Positions 12,001 through 27,000 of a stretch of DNA of 64,000 nt are shown piece after piece. The stretch lies in contig NC_092670.1 of NCBI RefSeq assembly GCF_964355755.1, forward strand, positions 5,880,201-5,944,200. The letters run 5' to 3'. A program made the position numbers and the translations under genes. The DNA is from Antedon mediterranea. Lineage: Eukaryota > Animalia > Echinodermata. Below the pieces are notes generated by a model. That model was given only the letters and a program-made list of their open reading frames with translations, did not search any database and had not been told where the DNA came from. Position 1 is the first letter of the stretch. Each line of letters begins with the position of its first letter.

Positions 12001-15000
12001 ATTCTAAAATCTTACCATTAGCCACATTATTTCTTCGGGAAATTGAATGTTTTTTATTGTTAGTTGAATCCCTCTTTTGTCTTTCACCATTGTTTTGGAA
12101 ACATGTATTGGAATAATTTTTGTATCCAACAGACATAACGATGTCAATCTGGTTATTAGCAATCTTTTCATCAGTCAGCTTTATTTGTCCGATAGTTGTA
12201 ATATCTTCATTTAACGTATTTTTTCTGGTGACAGAAAATAAAATGTTTTTTTTTTATTGTGCAATTGTTGTAAATGTGTTTGTCATATTAGAGAAAATGG
12301 CTATCACATCATAATCATATAATTTATTTAATTTCATCATATATAGAAAAACCCCCCCAAAAAAAAACGCACACCGACAGAACAAATGTAAATCAATGAA
12401 ACAGGATTACCTAAATATTTATTAATAATATAGTGTACTTTAAACGTATTTCATATAACTTACGTATTGGTTTCAGTCCAATCGCAGCAACTAGCAGCAT
12501 TTATAAGGCAATATGTGTTCATAGCGTGCATAACGCTTATGCGAAATACTTCTTTCACTGTAGGAAGCCACTGTAAAGTTGTAATGCGGGACGAATTATT
12601 GTTTAAAACATAAGAATAGTATACTATTTTCTACAGTGTAAACGACTTATATTCAATATTATTTATACTAAAGAAATAAAAAAAGCAGATTCAATCTTGC
12701 AGAAATTACAGAATAAATAATTGATTTGGTATTCAAATTCCATCAAATATTATATGCATTGTCCCCCAAAACATAAAAATTAAGATAAATTGAAATCAGA
12801 ATTTTATTTTTATTTTATGATTTAACTTAACTAAAAAGACAAAATATTGTTTTTAACAAACTTGACAATTTTTTTATTTAAATTACAGTTTTTCAGGTAA
12901 ATATTTGTTTACATCAAATTGTTGGTCAAACTGAATAATAACTATTATGTGACATGTATGTAAATGGCATACTCAAGGAAAAGCCAACAGTATTTGTTTG
13001 TTTGCTTACCGGTACTTCATGACCTTTTAATGTCAATGATACGGCTTCATTATAATTATCGACTGTGTCTGTAAGATACGAAATTACAATTTAATTTTAA
13101 ACAAAGCATTTATTAATTTCTGAATAACTTAAGATTTTTACATATTGTTTGTTGATACATAAATACAGTATGCTTACTTGACAATTTTGTTAATTTAATC
13201 TCTGTTTCAGTCACTGGTTCAGTAAGGATATGCTCATTGGTGCGTGGCTCCTCAGAACTAATGTATGTCTGTGGTGTGGATTTAAATGAAGTCATATATT
13301 TTCCATTTTTTACTGATGTAACGTCATTAATAGTAGAACTTTGACTTATCTTAGTCACAAAATCTATATCGCTTCCTAATGTCGTCAAACCATGCAATTC
13401 AGTACGATCGTCTTGAAGGACTGTAGGTTCATCGTATGAGTTAGTGCGAACAGAATTGGTAGAATAGCCAGACGTGCTCTTAGTATGTGTAGTTAAAACA
13501 GGACTGCTAGAACTAGAGGGATTTGGTGATGATGTATAGTATTGTGTTCCCTGTGATGTTAACCTTTCTGTTGCCTTTGTTCCAGTAGATGCATCAGTAT
13601 TACCAACTGTTTTGAAATCATGTGACGCCATTACGTTCGAGGTCGTAATTTTAGATTTAGAGGTCATAACCGTCGATACAGTTGTTTCACGCTCTGGTAC
13701 GTTTACTTCTGTAACTGTAGTCTGTTTGGATGTGTCACCACCAATCGATCTTGAGGTTATAGACGGTTGTGTTGAAGTATCTTTTACTTGAATGGTAGTT
13801 TGTCTGGTTTGTTTACCTTTTCCCTCACCGCTAGTCGACGTTGCTATTATGTGCTGGGTTTGTGTTCCAGTAGATGCATCAGTATTACCAACTGTTTTGA
13901 AATCATGTGACGCCATTACGTTCGAGGTTGTAGTTTTAGATTTAGAGGTCATAACCGTCGATATAGTTGTTTCACGGTCTGGTACGTTTACTTCTGTAAC
14001 TGTAGTCTGTTTGGATGTGTCACCATCAATCTTTCTTGAGGTTATAGACGGTTGTGTAGAAGTATCTATTTCTTGAATGGTAGTTTGTCTGGTTTGTTTT
14101 CCATTTCCCTCATCACTAGTCGACGTGGCTATTGTGTCCTGAGTTTCTGTTTCTGAAATTGTAGGTTTCTCAGTTCCATCATTGCTACTCAAATCCATGA
14201 TATTCAACGTAGCTGGTGTATCCGTATTAGTACTTGTTTGTGAAAGTATCGTCTTCTCAATTGTTTTACCTTTATTATCATCAGTACTTGATATCGAGAC
14301 ATCCAACACATCTGTTGTGGCCAGAGTTGTTCTTTTTGTCTCTCGAATTGTAGTTTGTTGAGTTCCGTCACCGTTTTCATCATCACTATTCGTCGTTGTA
14401 TGTTTTGACAAATGAACAGCTGAGTTTGACACAGTAAAATCAGTTTGCAGAGTATCTGTCAAACTAGTACTTCTTTCATTTGTTGCTGTGTAAGTACTAT
14501 GCATTGTTCCTTTTTCCAAGAACGTTACGTCAGCATAAGTGCTCTCGGTGATACTCGATGATGAGGGCGGTGAAGATTCACTAACTATATGTGTTGGTGT
14601 ACTTACAGGGTCGTTCACATTGGCCGTTGACATAATGGTGTTCTCGGTTTTCAATGAAGTCAAGTGTGTTCCTTCAGTTATAGGTGTTTCTGGAAAACAA
14701 GGTAGACCTACAACATTTAAACAACAACAACATGGCTGAAAATCAATTTGTACACATCATTGACAAGTTGTAATTCATTTAAGATATTGTTGATGTAATG
14801 TAACACAAACAAACGTTATAAAGTATACTGTAGGTACAATTTGTCTTTAAGACTTTATTAATTACTTAAGTTAATAGTGGACAGTAACACTGCTGGAAAT
14901 ACTGGTACTTGCTGCTTAAATCAATCAATAGTGTAGTATGCTTGTTTAAATCAAACTGTGCAAAACATATAAATACTGTATACATACCCTCCGAAGTTTC

Positions 15001-18000
15001 AGAAGCAACACATTCATATAAACTGGATCCGTTTACAAAAGCACAAACATCACCATTTTCACATTTGCAAACATAAACGCTGAAATTAAACGTGGCTGAA
15101 AACCCACACTTGTCTTGCATATTTATCTCAAATATCGAATCAGGATTTGACATTGCAGGTGCCCAATTAAATTTTCCGGATGTAGAAATGGTTGCATTAA
15201 CATTTCCATAAGTTTTGTTAAATGTTATCCCACAGCCTTCTGGATCCTGTATATCAAACGTAAATGTGATTGGTTCTTGGTGGATAGCTGTGTATGGGTT
15301 GGACGTGTAAATTATCGGTGCAGCATCATCTAAATTATTTGTTAAAATATACCAAGACATCATAAGTATCATAATCACAATTGTATAGTTGTTATAAGTG
15401 AAAGAGATTAGACGATAAGTGAGTTGTTCTAACCTTTGCGAGGTAACCAGCTGTCGACAGAGTCCTCTGGTAAACATTGTTGACAGCAATCTTCTGTATT
15501 TACATCAAATGCAGCGTAGCAGTGACCATCGATATTGCAGGAGTTATTCTGAAAGACATCACAAACTGCCATGTTTATTTTAAAAGTAATTTAATTACCA
15601 TATTGTAACAAGTTTTTAATATTTTTATTATTTAAAGCTTTTTTTCTGGAATCAATTTCTTCAAATTTACTTAGAGCGTAAGGCATCGTAATTAGTTCTT
15701 GCCTCATCAAGAACCTACTTTGGACTTAAACTTTATTTTTGTTTTTTACATAAATTTTTATAATAAAAGTCAACAACCTTTAAATAACATTCTCCTTCTG
15801 ATGCATTGCATACTTGGCAGACAGAATCGTAAACAATCAATACTGCCATTTCTTCACTTTTCAATTCACCATCATTACTAATTGATATCAGATAACCACT
15901 CGCTACAACACCTTCTCCTCCTGGTGAACCTGGTTGAACTGCAGGTTCCGGTAAGGGACATTTTACTTCTTGATCAGTTCTGAATATTCCTGATACTATG
16001 GAAGTTTCTTGAAGCAGTGTTACGCCAATGCCACTCACCTACATTGTTAGAAACAAAAATCACAATACATATTTGTAGGCCGACTATAAACTTAGATTAT
16101 ATAATTCTTAGATTATTTATACATTGTTTACGGCGTGAAACTTACATTGATGTGTTGGATGTGACAAGTAATATTTCCTCTTTCATCAAAATTTTCTCCA
16201 TACACTTTAGCTGATCTACAAGGTCTGCTACGAATATCACAGAGACCATCGCCAAGAACAGCAAATACTAAAGGTGGTTCAGCGAGTGAGATGGAGCAAT
16301 CGCTTCCGCCAAAACCTTCGATACAGGCACACGTCCCGTTTATGCATTCACCCTTATCGCTACACTCATTCACACATAGCTGTCCTAACAGTTCAGTTGG
16401 TGGTACAAGAGTTCCATTCTCGGATACTTCCCAATATTGTGGATTTGTGGTTAGTTCTAACTCGCATCTGTCTTGAAGTTCCGTCACCGTTTGTTTAGCA
16501 ATAGACTCATCATCTGCTACCTAAATAAATAATAAATGTTTTATAACAAAAATGAATGTTATGTGTTCGCCTAGTTAAAAATAGAGCAGTCAATTTTTGA
16601 ACGCATGAAATATTCTCACCATATCTAAATCATAAACATTCAGTATCTATATAATAGATTTATGTACATAAAGCTTTTTTTTTCATTATCTAAATACGTA
16701 TAATCATTACCATAATGTCAACAATGCAACCTTCAATGATGTCATCAATAGTGATCGATCCATTATTGATTGCATCTAAACAAACTTCATAAGTAGTCGA
16801 GTTCAGCAATGTTTCTGTACAAATTTTTGTTGTATACTCTTCAGTTAATCCATTTGGAGTTGGGAATTCTGGAATCTGGTACGTGAACATTTTAGATGAA
16901 AATAAATTTAATTAGTGTGTAATTGTCTGGACACTAAAAGTTACAAGAAGATACAATTACGAGAGTAAATATATTTGTCTAAGTTATATACATAAAAATT
17001 TAAAAGAGTTGCTTTCCGATAGAACTCTTCTGAAGCAGTTAATAGTTACGAGAAACTTAACAACTTTATTTATTTGATCAATTATAAATTGTTAGTATTA
17101 CCTGGGGCTCAAAATCAGGATCGCCGTCGAATGGAGTAAATTCGTAATTTCCAGCCTGGTCATCAAGATCATTCACCTCCACTTCTCTCTTCCTCCTTCT
17201 TACTCCGTTAGTCTCCTCGTCATCATCACTACCACAGCCTAGATTATTGTTGTTGGCGTTAAGTCCATTACAGTGGTCACATTTAATATTTCCTTCTTCA
17301 CATGAACAATATCTTTGAATCACATATGGGTTGTCCACGTTAAGAGCTCCCAGGAATATATTTTCGTTGTTTTTAACCCTATTATTTAAAACATTTAAAT
17401 AATATATTATTTTCCTTTAAACAATGACATTACCAAATTGTGTTTAACTTTTAAACTATAGTTTACAAAGTCAATCTTGTTATACATTCAATGTATGCAA
17501 AGATGAACTACTAATATTTCAATTGATCGTGCTTATAGACGTGAAGAGTAGTTGAAAGAGTCGTGAGTTCCAACCCTTGTAGTACAGGTCAGGATTTAAA
17601 CCTGAGCCTTGGGGATTAGAGGTTAACGTTAACCATCACGCTACAGCCACTATGTTGGCAAGAAGGAAAAGAATGCAATATTAATTATTTTTAGTAGAAT
17701 TATTTTAGGCAAACAAACATGATAATGAAAAAGGTGCATCGCAAACATGTTTGAACTTGATACTCAGTGATGATGTGTTCTTTATCTACTATCATTAAAA
17801 GAGGATAGTTTTATCTGCCGTGTTACCTGTTTGTGTCAACAAAAGACTGGAAACAAAATATGTATTCATTTAGAAATTGAATATACTATAATGTAGTCTT
17901 ACCTCCAACTATTATAGAAGTTTTTTGGATCAACTGTATTGTAATAAGCTGGTTTGCAGTCTTCTGGTTTTACACATTTGTAATCAGGTACACTAGAATT

Positions 18001-21000
18001 TCCATACTGACCATCATTGTGTAGTTTGTTATCAAAGTTTCCGCACAACCCTTTAATATTCTCGAAATCATCCCATGAACCCGTCATAAATACACTCACG
18101 TAACGACTCCAAAATAACTTTATTGTTATGTAGGACCCTGTCGGTAGGTTAATCTAGTGAAAACAAATATTTTGTGAACAATTACTAATTTACTATTCCC
18201 TATAGATATTATCCTACGTATTTAACGTTAAGTGGTTAGGAACCATTTTGACTGTGATTTCTTTTCAAAATTAAAATGATGAATACAATGATAATTAGTT
18301 TTTTTCGAATTGTGTATAGCCCTACACTTTTTTATTGATAATTATCGAGAATAAATGAAGGATTTATATTGTTTAGTTCTCTTTTAACAACTTATCTATA
18401 TATAAATTTACGTAAGGGCAAAATTCGGTAAATCGCGCCTTACTTCTAGAATGTTTACTCGATGGTATATAAAGTTGGTTCGTACTTTCGGTACTGATTT
18501 TAACCACCTGATGTAACCGTGTTTACTAATTAAATTAAGTTAGATAATTAGTTATTGACGATTAAAACGAATTTATGTTCAACGATTTGCCCCAAATAGG
18601 GGTGTTTTCCGATCGTGGTATACACTGTCTAATGTATGTCCATCTTGAAAAATACCCGCAGACAATAATACGAGGATGCTTCGCATTTTCCTATCTCCTC
18701 CTACGATAATTGTTTTTAACTAGAGGGTGAGCTCGCTTCGCTCGCTCCCCCTCTAGGAAGTGTAGACGATGGTTCTCGGAATGATAATGTTCTGCTTATA
18801 CATTTTCTGTCGGTTACCATTATTGAAATTGCTTGACATTCGTAAAACTGAACTACTTTGTTTCACAGTGTTTTAGATGATTAATAACATTTTAAAGTAT
18901 AGTTTTTATTGTTTGGTAGGGCCCTTTGGGGAGGCGGAGGTCATTTGAGGGAGGTGCTTATTCGAGGGATATATGTTAAATTTTTTAGTTCTAATAATAT
19001 GGTAACATTTATAATCAAATGAAATCCTCTCATAGATATGAAAAGTGGTAAAAAAGAATAACAAATGCTTGGTAAATTGCAGATAACAGTGTGGTGAATT
19101 CTACTACAAATAGTATAATTGTGTTATTATAAATATGTGGATGGACGTTTATTAGATAGTTGGGTTGTGTGGGGGGGGGGGGGGTTATTATTCAAAGTGA
19201 TGTTTTATTGGAGAGGCGTTTATTCAAATGAATACCATCCTAATAATTATTAATACATTATTTAATTTAATCATCTTTTGAAACTAACTGCCGTGACAGA
19301 GTGGGCCCCAGAAAGAAGACATTACGGCTTGCAACATGGGCAGACATCTCGGTCCTAACGGGACACAGGAAGATAGCCTACAGTTATTCCTGCAAGCTTA
19401 CTCAATAAAACTCAGCTATCGGGATTTCACTCGAAAAATGTCTTATCAAATCTCCCTATGTAATTTTATAATACTATTCCCCACAATATATTCTGATTCT
19501 TTATGGCGTATATTTAATTTGATCTTTATTAATTTGCAGTATAATTCCTATTATTTAACTACTGTACCTTCACACACGTGTGGTATGTTTTAAAATAAAC
19601 AAAAAACGGAAATGGCTATGATTAATGGCCAATTTTTTTTTCGTCTTCCAAAGGGACACTGTATTTATTGATGGAAGTGCCTGTTTCCACTCACCTTTAG
19701 GGTCAAATCTATTATTTTAACTGCTCCCTTGTGTATAAAAGAGAGAAAATATTTGAAACTAAGGTGAACTTATCTTAAACCCGGAAATTACTTTGACCGG
19801 GAAGAATTGAAATTGAGAGGAAAATCCAATGTTGAAATCATAAATGTTGTTAAAAAACTCTTTATAATATCTTCCTAAGATATAAATATGGAACAATAGC
19901 GTCGGCGTGCACACTAATGTTATCAAATCTACGTTTCGCGGTACATCTCGGATAGATAAGGTAGATAAGGCGGAGATTTGTACCGAAGTTTTTGCATTGT
20001 GCTCGCCTATGTCATAATTAACCATAATTTATATATAGATGGCTGAAAACCGGTTGAACAGCTCGAGTACAGCATCATAATGTTGAAGACAGGCCGATTT
20101 TCTTTAAAAAATACTGTTTTGATAGATTTAATATACGTTTATACAAATGTATTGATTTGAAATGAATGGAACATTCCAATATCTGTTCCACAAGTGTCTA
20201 TTCCCTCAGGCGTCGTAAAGGCAAGTACTGTATACTCATAACAGAAATTCGATCCATTTTTTTTTTAAATATGTGCTGCAGAGGTTGGATCATGGAACTA
20301 TAATATATATATATATATATATATCTTATATTATAGTTCCATGGTTGGTATTTTTTTTTAACGGATAATGAGCTAGCGTTTTCAGTCGCCGTATATTATG
20401 TACACATCTTTATTATTGCAGTTAAACCACCCACATCATCACCTCACTGGCATGAGTAGCGTTGTAAAGCCAGTAGAGGATAGGCCTACGGTGCATCATA
20501 TGCCCTAAACGCAGAACAACTTTGGTGGGTAGGGTAGGAACCAACTTAAGTATGAATTGGCTCTAAGAAACAATTGAAAACCATTAGGCCTACTAATTAA
20601 GTTGAGTTCGATAATTTAATATTAATTGACGATTAAATCGAATTTATGATTTGCCCCTAATAGAAGTGGTTTTCACAAATTGTTCTACATTATATAAACA
20701 TATACACGTGGTAGTGATGTATCGTTACATGTACTGTACTATTTCAATCGACTAGGACGGTGATAGTTTCAACAAAGTATTACATCGCAATGTTTTACTG
20801 TGTTTAGTGGTATATTATTTGTAAAACATGAAAACAATTAATATTTCGTTACTACATGGATAAAGAATATATTTAAAAATTGTTCCTCTTTGCACCCATC
20901 CTCTTTCCCACCCCTCAACTCTATAATGTTACATACAAAACACAAATTAAGTTTGTTTAAATTTGACTTAAACAATTGGTCTCATTTTGTGACAAGTTTC

Positions 21001-24000
21001 TCTTTCGGAAATAATTCACAGGGTGCTAATTTTAGTTCAGTACATAAATCACAGTGTCTATTTATTTTGCGGTACGTACATTTGAAATCGCCAGTTTTTT
21101 AACGCTGAAATTATTATGTATTCGAGAACCATCTGTGGGCACGCGACCTAGATGGTACGCGAGCGAGGCGAGCGTACCATCTACCAACTTACCTTAAAGT
21201 GTCTATTTTTGTACTCAAGAGATGTCCCAGGTGTTCTTTCACCGTCTTTTAATATTTCAGCTGTTGTCACTTTCGTATTAGTAGGAGTCCGCACCTCTTT
21301 CACCACTCCGTCGTGTGTTGCTTTAAATATTGTGTAAGTGTTACCGGCATCATTGCATCGATCAACAATTAAGTGAGTATGGCCAACTTGAACGGCAACT
21401 CCACATGTGCAAGTTACGCCATTGCATGTAGACAATCGAGTCTGAACCTATGAGATATAATTTAGTTTACGAGCTTAGACTACCATTGTTGATGTTTTGT
21501 TAATTTATGATTTACAATCTTTAGTATCATTGTTTTGACGAGGACTCAGTCATGTGTTATTTGTGAATTTACCTTAATAGGCAGAGTAGTGTGCTCGTAG
21601 AATATGAAATCTCCAGTCCCGTAAATGTGGTAATACCTGGTAATAAGGTAAAACAATTAATTAAAAACTCCGGAGATTGTAATGATTAATAATGGATGAT
21701 GGATTTTCAAATTGTTCACCACCGATGTTTTAATAAAATGTCTACACTTTAAATATAAACGTGGTTGTGAAACATACAGTAGACGTGCTTTTCTCAATAT
21801 AACAATACGATATTCATTGATATACTGCTAAAACAAATACAAAACAATAAAAATAGACGATATAACATTTAAACAACAATAACTTACCATCCATCAAAAC
21901 TACGGTAATGTGGATCACCACTTCCAGAACAACTTTTAACATTCACACCATTTGCAATTATCTTTATCAAAAATGAAATAAAACTTTTTTATTCTGTCGT
22001 AAGTTACTCGCAATTTAAGTTTTTGTAGACATTATAGTGAACTTTATCTTATTAAAAATATTATTAGGTTTCGTTGCAGGCAGTTTGAAATTAGAAGTTT
22101 CCATCAAAGAAAAATGTACAGTACGCAAAAATACTAACAAATCAAAAAATACAATATAAACTAATTACATTTATTTTATTAATTTATAAACTTATTTTAC
22201 ATGGATGACATTTTCATTAAAATAATGTTCTTACAAATGGTCCATGATTTAAAAAATTCATGCATAATAATGAACAGTGATAAGTTACAAAAGTTACAAA
22301 AATGTTTTGTTTTGTTTTAGATTATAAAAAGACATACCAGTGCAATTACATTTATATTATGACGACTACGCTTTCTTGTTTCTTGTAAATTGAACATTTT
22401 TATTTTTCGATTTAATAATTAAATTGTATTGTTTAATAACCCAATGTATTTGTATAGAAAGAGGTAATACTCACTTTGAAAGTGGGCAAACTAGTTTGTC
22501 TTGACTTCCATATTCTACTAAGGATCGTATCAAACGTTAAATCTCCCTTAAACCTTATATAGTTTGCTTTGTTTGCATATTTGAACCACGTCTTAGCTGC
22601 TATTATATTAAACGTTGCTGGAGAAACGTTTGATAAACGTTTTTTACAAGACTTGTCCGAGTACGCATAATTGCCATCAATATCGACATCTATGTTCAAT
22701 TCTAGTTCTTGGTTTGCAAAAATCATACGGAAAAGTTGAGAATTAGGAACGATGGGTATGGTTGAAGAAATATTAAATTCTATTCCATTATTTGCACCAA
22801 TATCAAATTCAATGGTGTTGTTTGGTTCGACCTTAAAAACGATTGAAAATAAACACAAATATTTAAAATAATATTTAAAACAAATTCTTCCAATTTAAGT
22901 AGTACTTACGAAGATATAAAAACAAGTAACAAATTAAAACCAGTGACGATGATTGGATTGGGAGGGTTAAGCTTTTTGAATCACCCCCTCCCCCCAAACA
23001 GGTTGTGGGCTTACCGAAATTGTATTGTGAAGATTTTAAAAACTACCGGTACATTTAAAATGATTAAAGTTATAGTTCCCGTAAATATAGACTAATATTG
23101 CGTATTATAAAATAATATAACATTTAATTTAGAAATAAAAACAAACACCATATATTAATTATTGAATCTATGGTCTATAATTACTCACCGTTAAGCCTGC
23201 ATAGAATGTGTTACTTCTTACACGAGGTGAAAAGACATGTTGATCCGTGAATTTAAGACTCACCTCACATTGCACCTAACCAATAACAATGAATATCATT
23301 ATTTAAAAAAATAATAATACGGTATAATTAAAAACCAATATTAATGTTTCTATTATTTTTTTTAATCTTGTTTTAAATAAATTATGTAATATTTTATTTT
23401 AAAAACATGTTAATTATTAAAAACAATACCATATATGGAAAAAAAGAAATAATATTTATATATAAACTGTATAATATAATAATATATAAACTGGAATTGG
23501 TCCGGCGCCTTGTGAAAAATATCGCGATCGTGCTTTCACGTCGAGCACGAATTTAGTTATCCGGTGTCAAGCGAGGTTATTCATACTCACTGTTGGTGGT
23601 CAAAGTCAAAAGAAAAACAATCATATGATTTCAAGAAATAAATGGCTTCTTGATCCATCGCTCCGAATTTAAAGCCTGTATCAGGTACGGATTCGAATCG
23701 TACTAAATTGTCTACGATTTTTTTCTCAGGCCGCCGGACCGAATCCGGACGTGAAGTGAAAGCAGCTTTACTTACATTTTCCAGGAATCACGTTTACAAG
23801 ATAACCATAGGCTTACGTGTTCACTTACTAGAGGGTATGTCCTAAGCGAGCGAAGTATTGTAAATATAATACTTACGTATGACCCGAGTTTGCTGTTGAG
23901 GATACACTGATGAGGTTCGCCGCCTCCTGAGCACTTTTTTGGGTCTGAAGCATCTACGTCATATTCATCACTAATTTTATGTTGATTCTTTTGTTCGTAA

Positions 24001-27000
24001 GCCATTGTTTCGTTGATAAACCATCGCACATAGTAATCTATATCATTGAAACTTTCCGTGGTGTTTATGTTGCAAACTGCCGATATTCCTATTTCCTCAG
24101 CTTCAAATATCAGAACTGGCTCTTCGTTGAACGTTGGAAAATTATCTAATAAATTACATTGTATGATTGTTAAAGTACCTGAATTGTCATAATTTACTAA
24201 TGTCAAAGCTTTATTATTAATAGAGTTAGTTATAACAATTTGATTATAACATAGTTTACAATTTGTTTGTCATGTATTCATAAGATTTTGTTTGTAAATC
24301 CTTTGAAAAAAATTAATAGAGTAGTATGTAGGCCTACTACTGTATGTGAAATTATCTTATGAACGTGTGATGTAATTATTTTTTTATTCATAATCTACTC
24401 TGCGTATATTAGCCAATTAGGCAAATAATAGATCTATACACCTTTTTTCAGAATGCTTGTACAACGAAGATAATTATAATGAAACTTACCATCACATGGT
24501 GGAAAACCAGTTGATGAGGTCAAATTACCATCACATGGTAAAAGAGAATCTGAAAAAAAAAAATGATTAAACAAAAAATCTTCTAAAAGTAATAATACTA
24601 AAGTCTAACAGTTTGTTCTTAAGGTTGTTTTAGGTTATATTAAGGTTCTCACGTGACATTTTAGTACTATTTTTAGTCGCGTGCAATGCGACGCTACATG
24701 TCACTATGTCGGTCGGTCGGTTGGTCGGTAAACACTAACTTGAGCACGCAAATGTAGCCATGTATATGGCCTTGTTTTGAATCGAATTGATTGAACATAC
24801 ACAGTTTGTAATACTTACCTGTGCAGTACCCCATATAAGGTTCCGGAGTGTCAGTAAGGTAATGAACAAAATATTGACCATCTTCAGTTGGACAAGCTTT
24901 AATACAAATCGCCATTGAATAGGCACACACAGTTCCATTGAAATCTACACACCCAGTAACATTTTGGATTGGGTCTCCATTTTCTGGATATGTTCCTATA
25001 ACATTACAATATGAAACTATGAAAATAATTCACAGCACATCACACTCTTCTACCTCTTATACATATTACAGTCACATTCAATAAAGTTAAGTGTAAATCA
25101 GTTAACAAACCATTAATCCAAACTGGATATTTAGTTCCACATTTAAAATTTCCTGGTGGTGATGTTGGCATTCTAATATCGATCCTATCACCCTCATTTC
25201 TCAGATTGTACCAGCCATCTCTTATGTAGTTGTCAGATATAATGAAACCCGGTTGGGTGTCATGGTGGATGCTACGGTACCAATCTGTAAGTTCAAGCTC
25301 AGAATGGCATGGGTCACCCTCTGTTGCAAAACAGTCTTCATAAGCTATCACTTTAAAGTGAATGAACAATATCAATTATTAATGTTGTGTTAAGTTTGTG
25401 TTGTGACAAACAATAAATGGTATCACTCGGAAAAACAAAACCTTTCTATGTTTGAGATGCTGAATAGTAACAGATTTTATAACTTGAAAATACTTTTCTA
25501 ATTTGTTTTCATGTAGATGATGATTGTGAGTCCTTATCACATTATACTAATGTGGTAAAAGACAAACATTACATTTATTTCACAGCCGGTTCATCTTATT
25601 GAATTCAGTATTGTGAAGTTAACGTTAACTATCATAATACTGATTAATTGATGTATACATTTTCAAAAAAAATCTCTTTCACCATTTTACAATTTATTTT
25701 GTTTGTAATTTTTACAAAATTTACCATTTTCTGTCGTTGTGAGACTAGTCTCTGTTTGTACTTCCGTTGTTGAATCTGAAAAAACAGATTTATTTTAGGA
25801 CTTAGGCTATACCTATTTGAATGTAAATACTTTCACTTTTATTATTATTACGAAAACTGTCTTTTTATTCAAGAAAAGGTTTATTGACTTTGCCTAACAT
25901 TATTGAGTGTTATTATAAATATCTCAAAACCAATAAAAACCATTTAGAGGAAAATATTAGATGAAGTGTAGATGAAAAATGTTGGTTCAATAAAATAGGC
26001 TTGTAATACTTTTAGTTATATAATCGTAAAAGATGTAATGCTTTAGAGACATTTTACTATATCTATACTTTGTTTGAAGGTTTGCATGGCGAAATCAAAT
26101 GTTGATATAAAGTTTGCGGTACACCACGTGTATTAGTTCTGATAAGAACAGTTGAGTATCTCGACGTTTCGATCAATATGCTTTGATCGTCCTCAGGACC
26201 AACCAACCGACAGACCGATCGACCAACCGACCGACATAGTAAGCTGTAGAGTCGCATTGCACGCGACTAAAAATAGTACTAGAATGTCCCCGACTCAACA
26301 GTTCTTTTCAGAACTAATACACGTGGTGTACCGCAAAATATATATCAACATAATATCTATACTGCTAAGATGTTTTGCATTCTTTAAAACCCTTCAAGAC
26401 AAGATGTGTCTAACCTTAATATTTACCTGTAAATATAAGTAAGCCTCCTGGTTTATTAAGTCGACTATCACTACTTTGCATGGATGATATTCCAGTCTGT
26501 TTATCAACTCGATATATACCCGACGTCCAATCTGACCAGTACAGATAGTTTCCGTAAATCTCAATACCAAAAGGATACTTTCCGACTACATAAATGATCG
26601 TCCTTCTGCTGGTTCCATCAAGGTTAGATTCCTCGATTTGTCCAGTTCCTGCATCACACCAATACATCTTCCCCTCTTCAATAAAGAAGAGATGATAGAA
26701 AAGAAAGTTGTTTTAATGAGACCATATTTTTTCTTTTTTCATTGATACAAAATTTTAATGTCAAGTGAAATGTATTATTCTCAATTTAGATGAGAGGGTA
26801 GATGAGAGTATTTCTTGGGCATCATCTTTAATTAATGTTTCTGTGATGCATTTAAAAAGGCAAACAAGAGTAATGAGTGTGGATACTCCTCATTGTAAAT
26901 TTCTGTCTACATTATCAAACTAGTTTGACAAAACTGTCTATATATTGGTACATCACATTGTTTTGTTACAAAAGGTTTTATAGTGTAGACAGAGCTTAAG

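Noticed and set aside
13792-14076. Plus-strand ORFs overlapping exons (also 38342-38629, 16274-16498, 28777-28965)
   Set aside because: Antisense shadows of the minus-strand coding exons.
14690-14707. Upstream acceptor (tag|GTCTACC) for the gene A mucin exon
   Set aside because: Gene B lacks this AG; the shared ttttccag acceptor before 14689 has the better pyrimidine tract.
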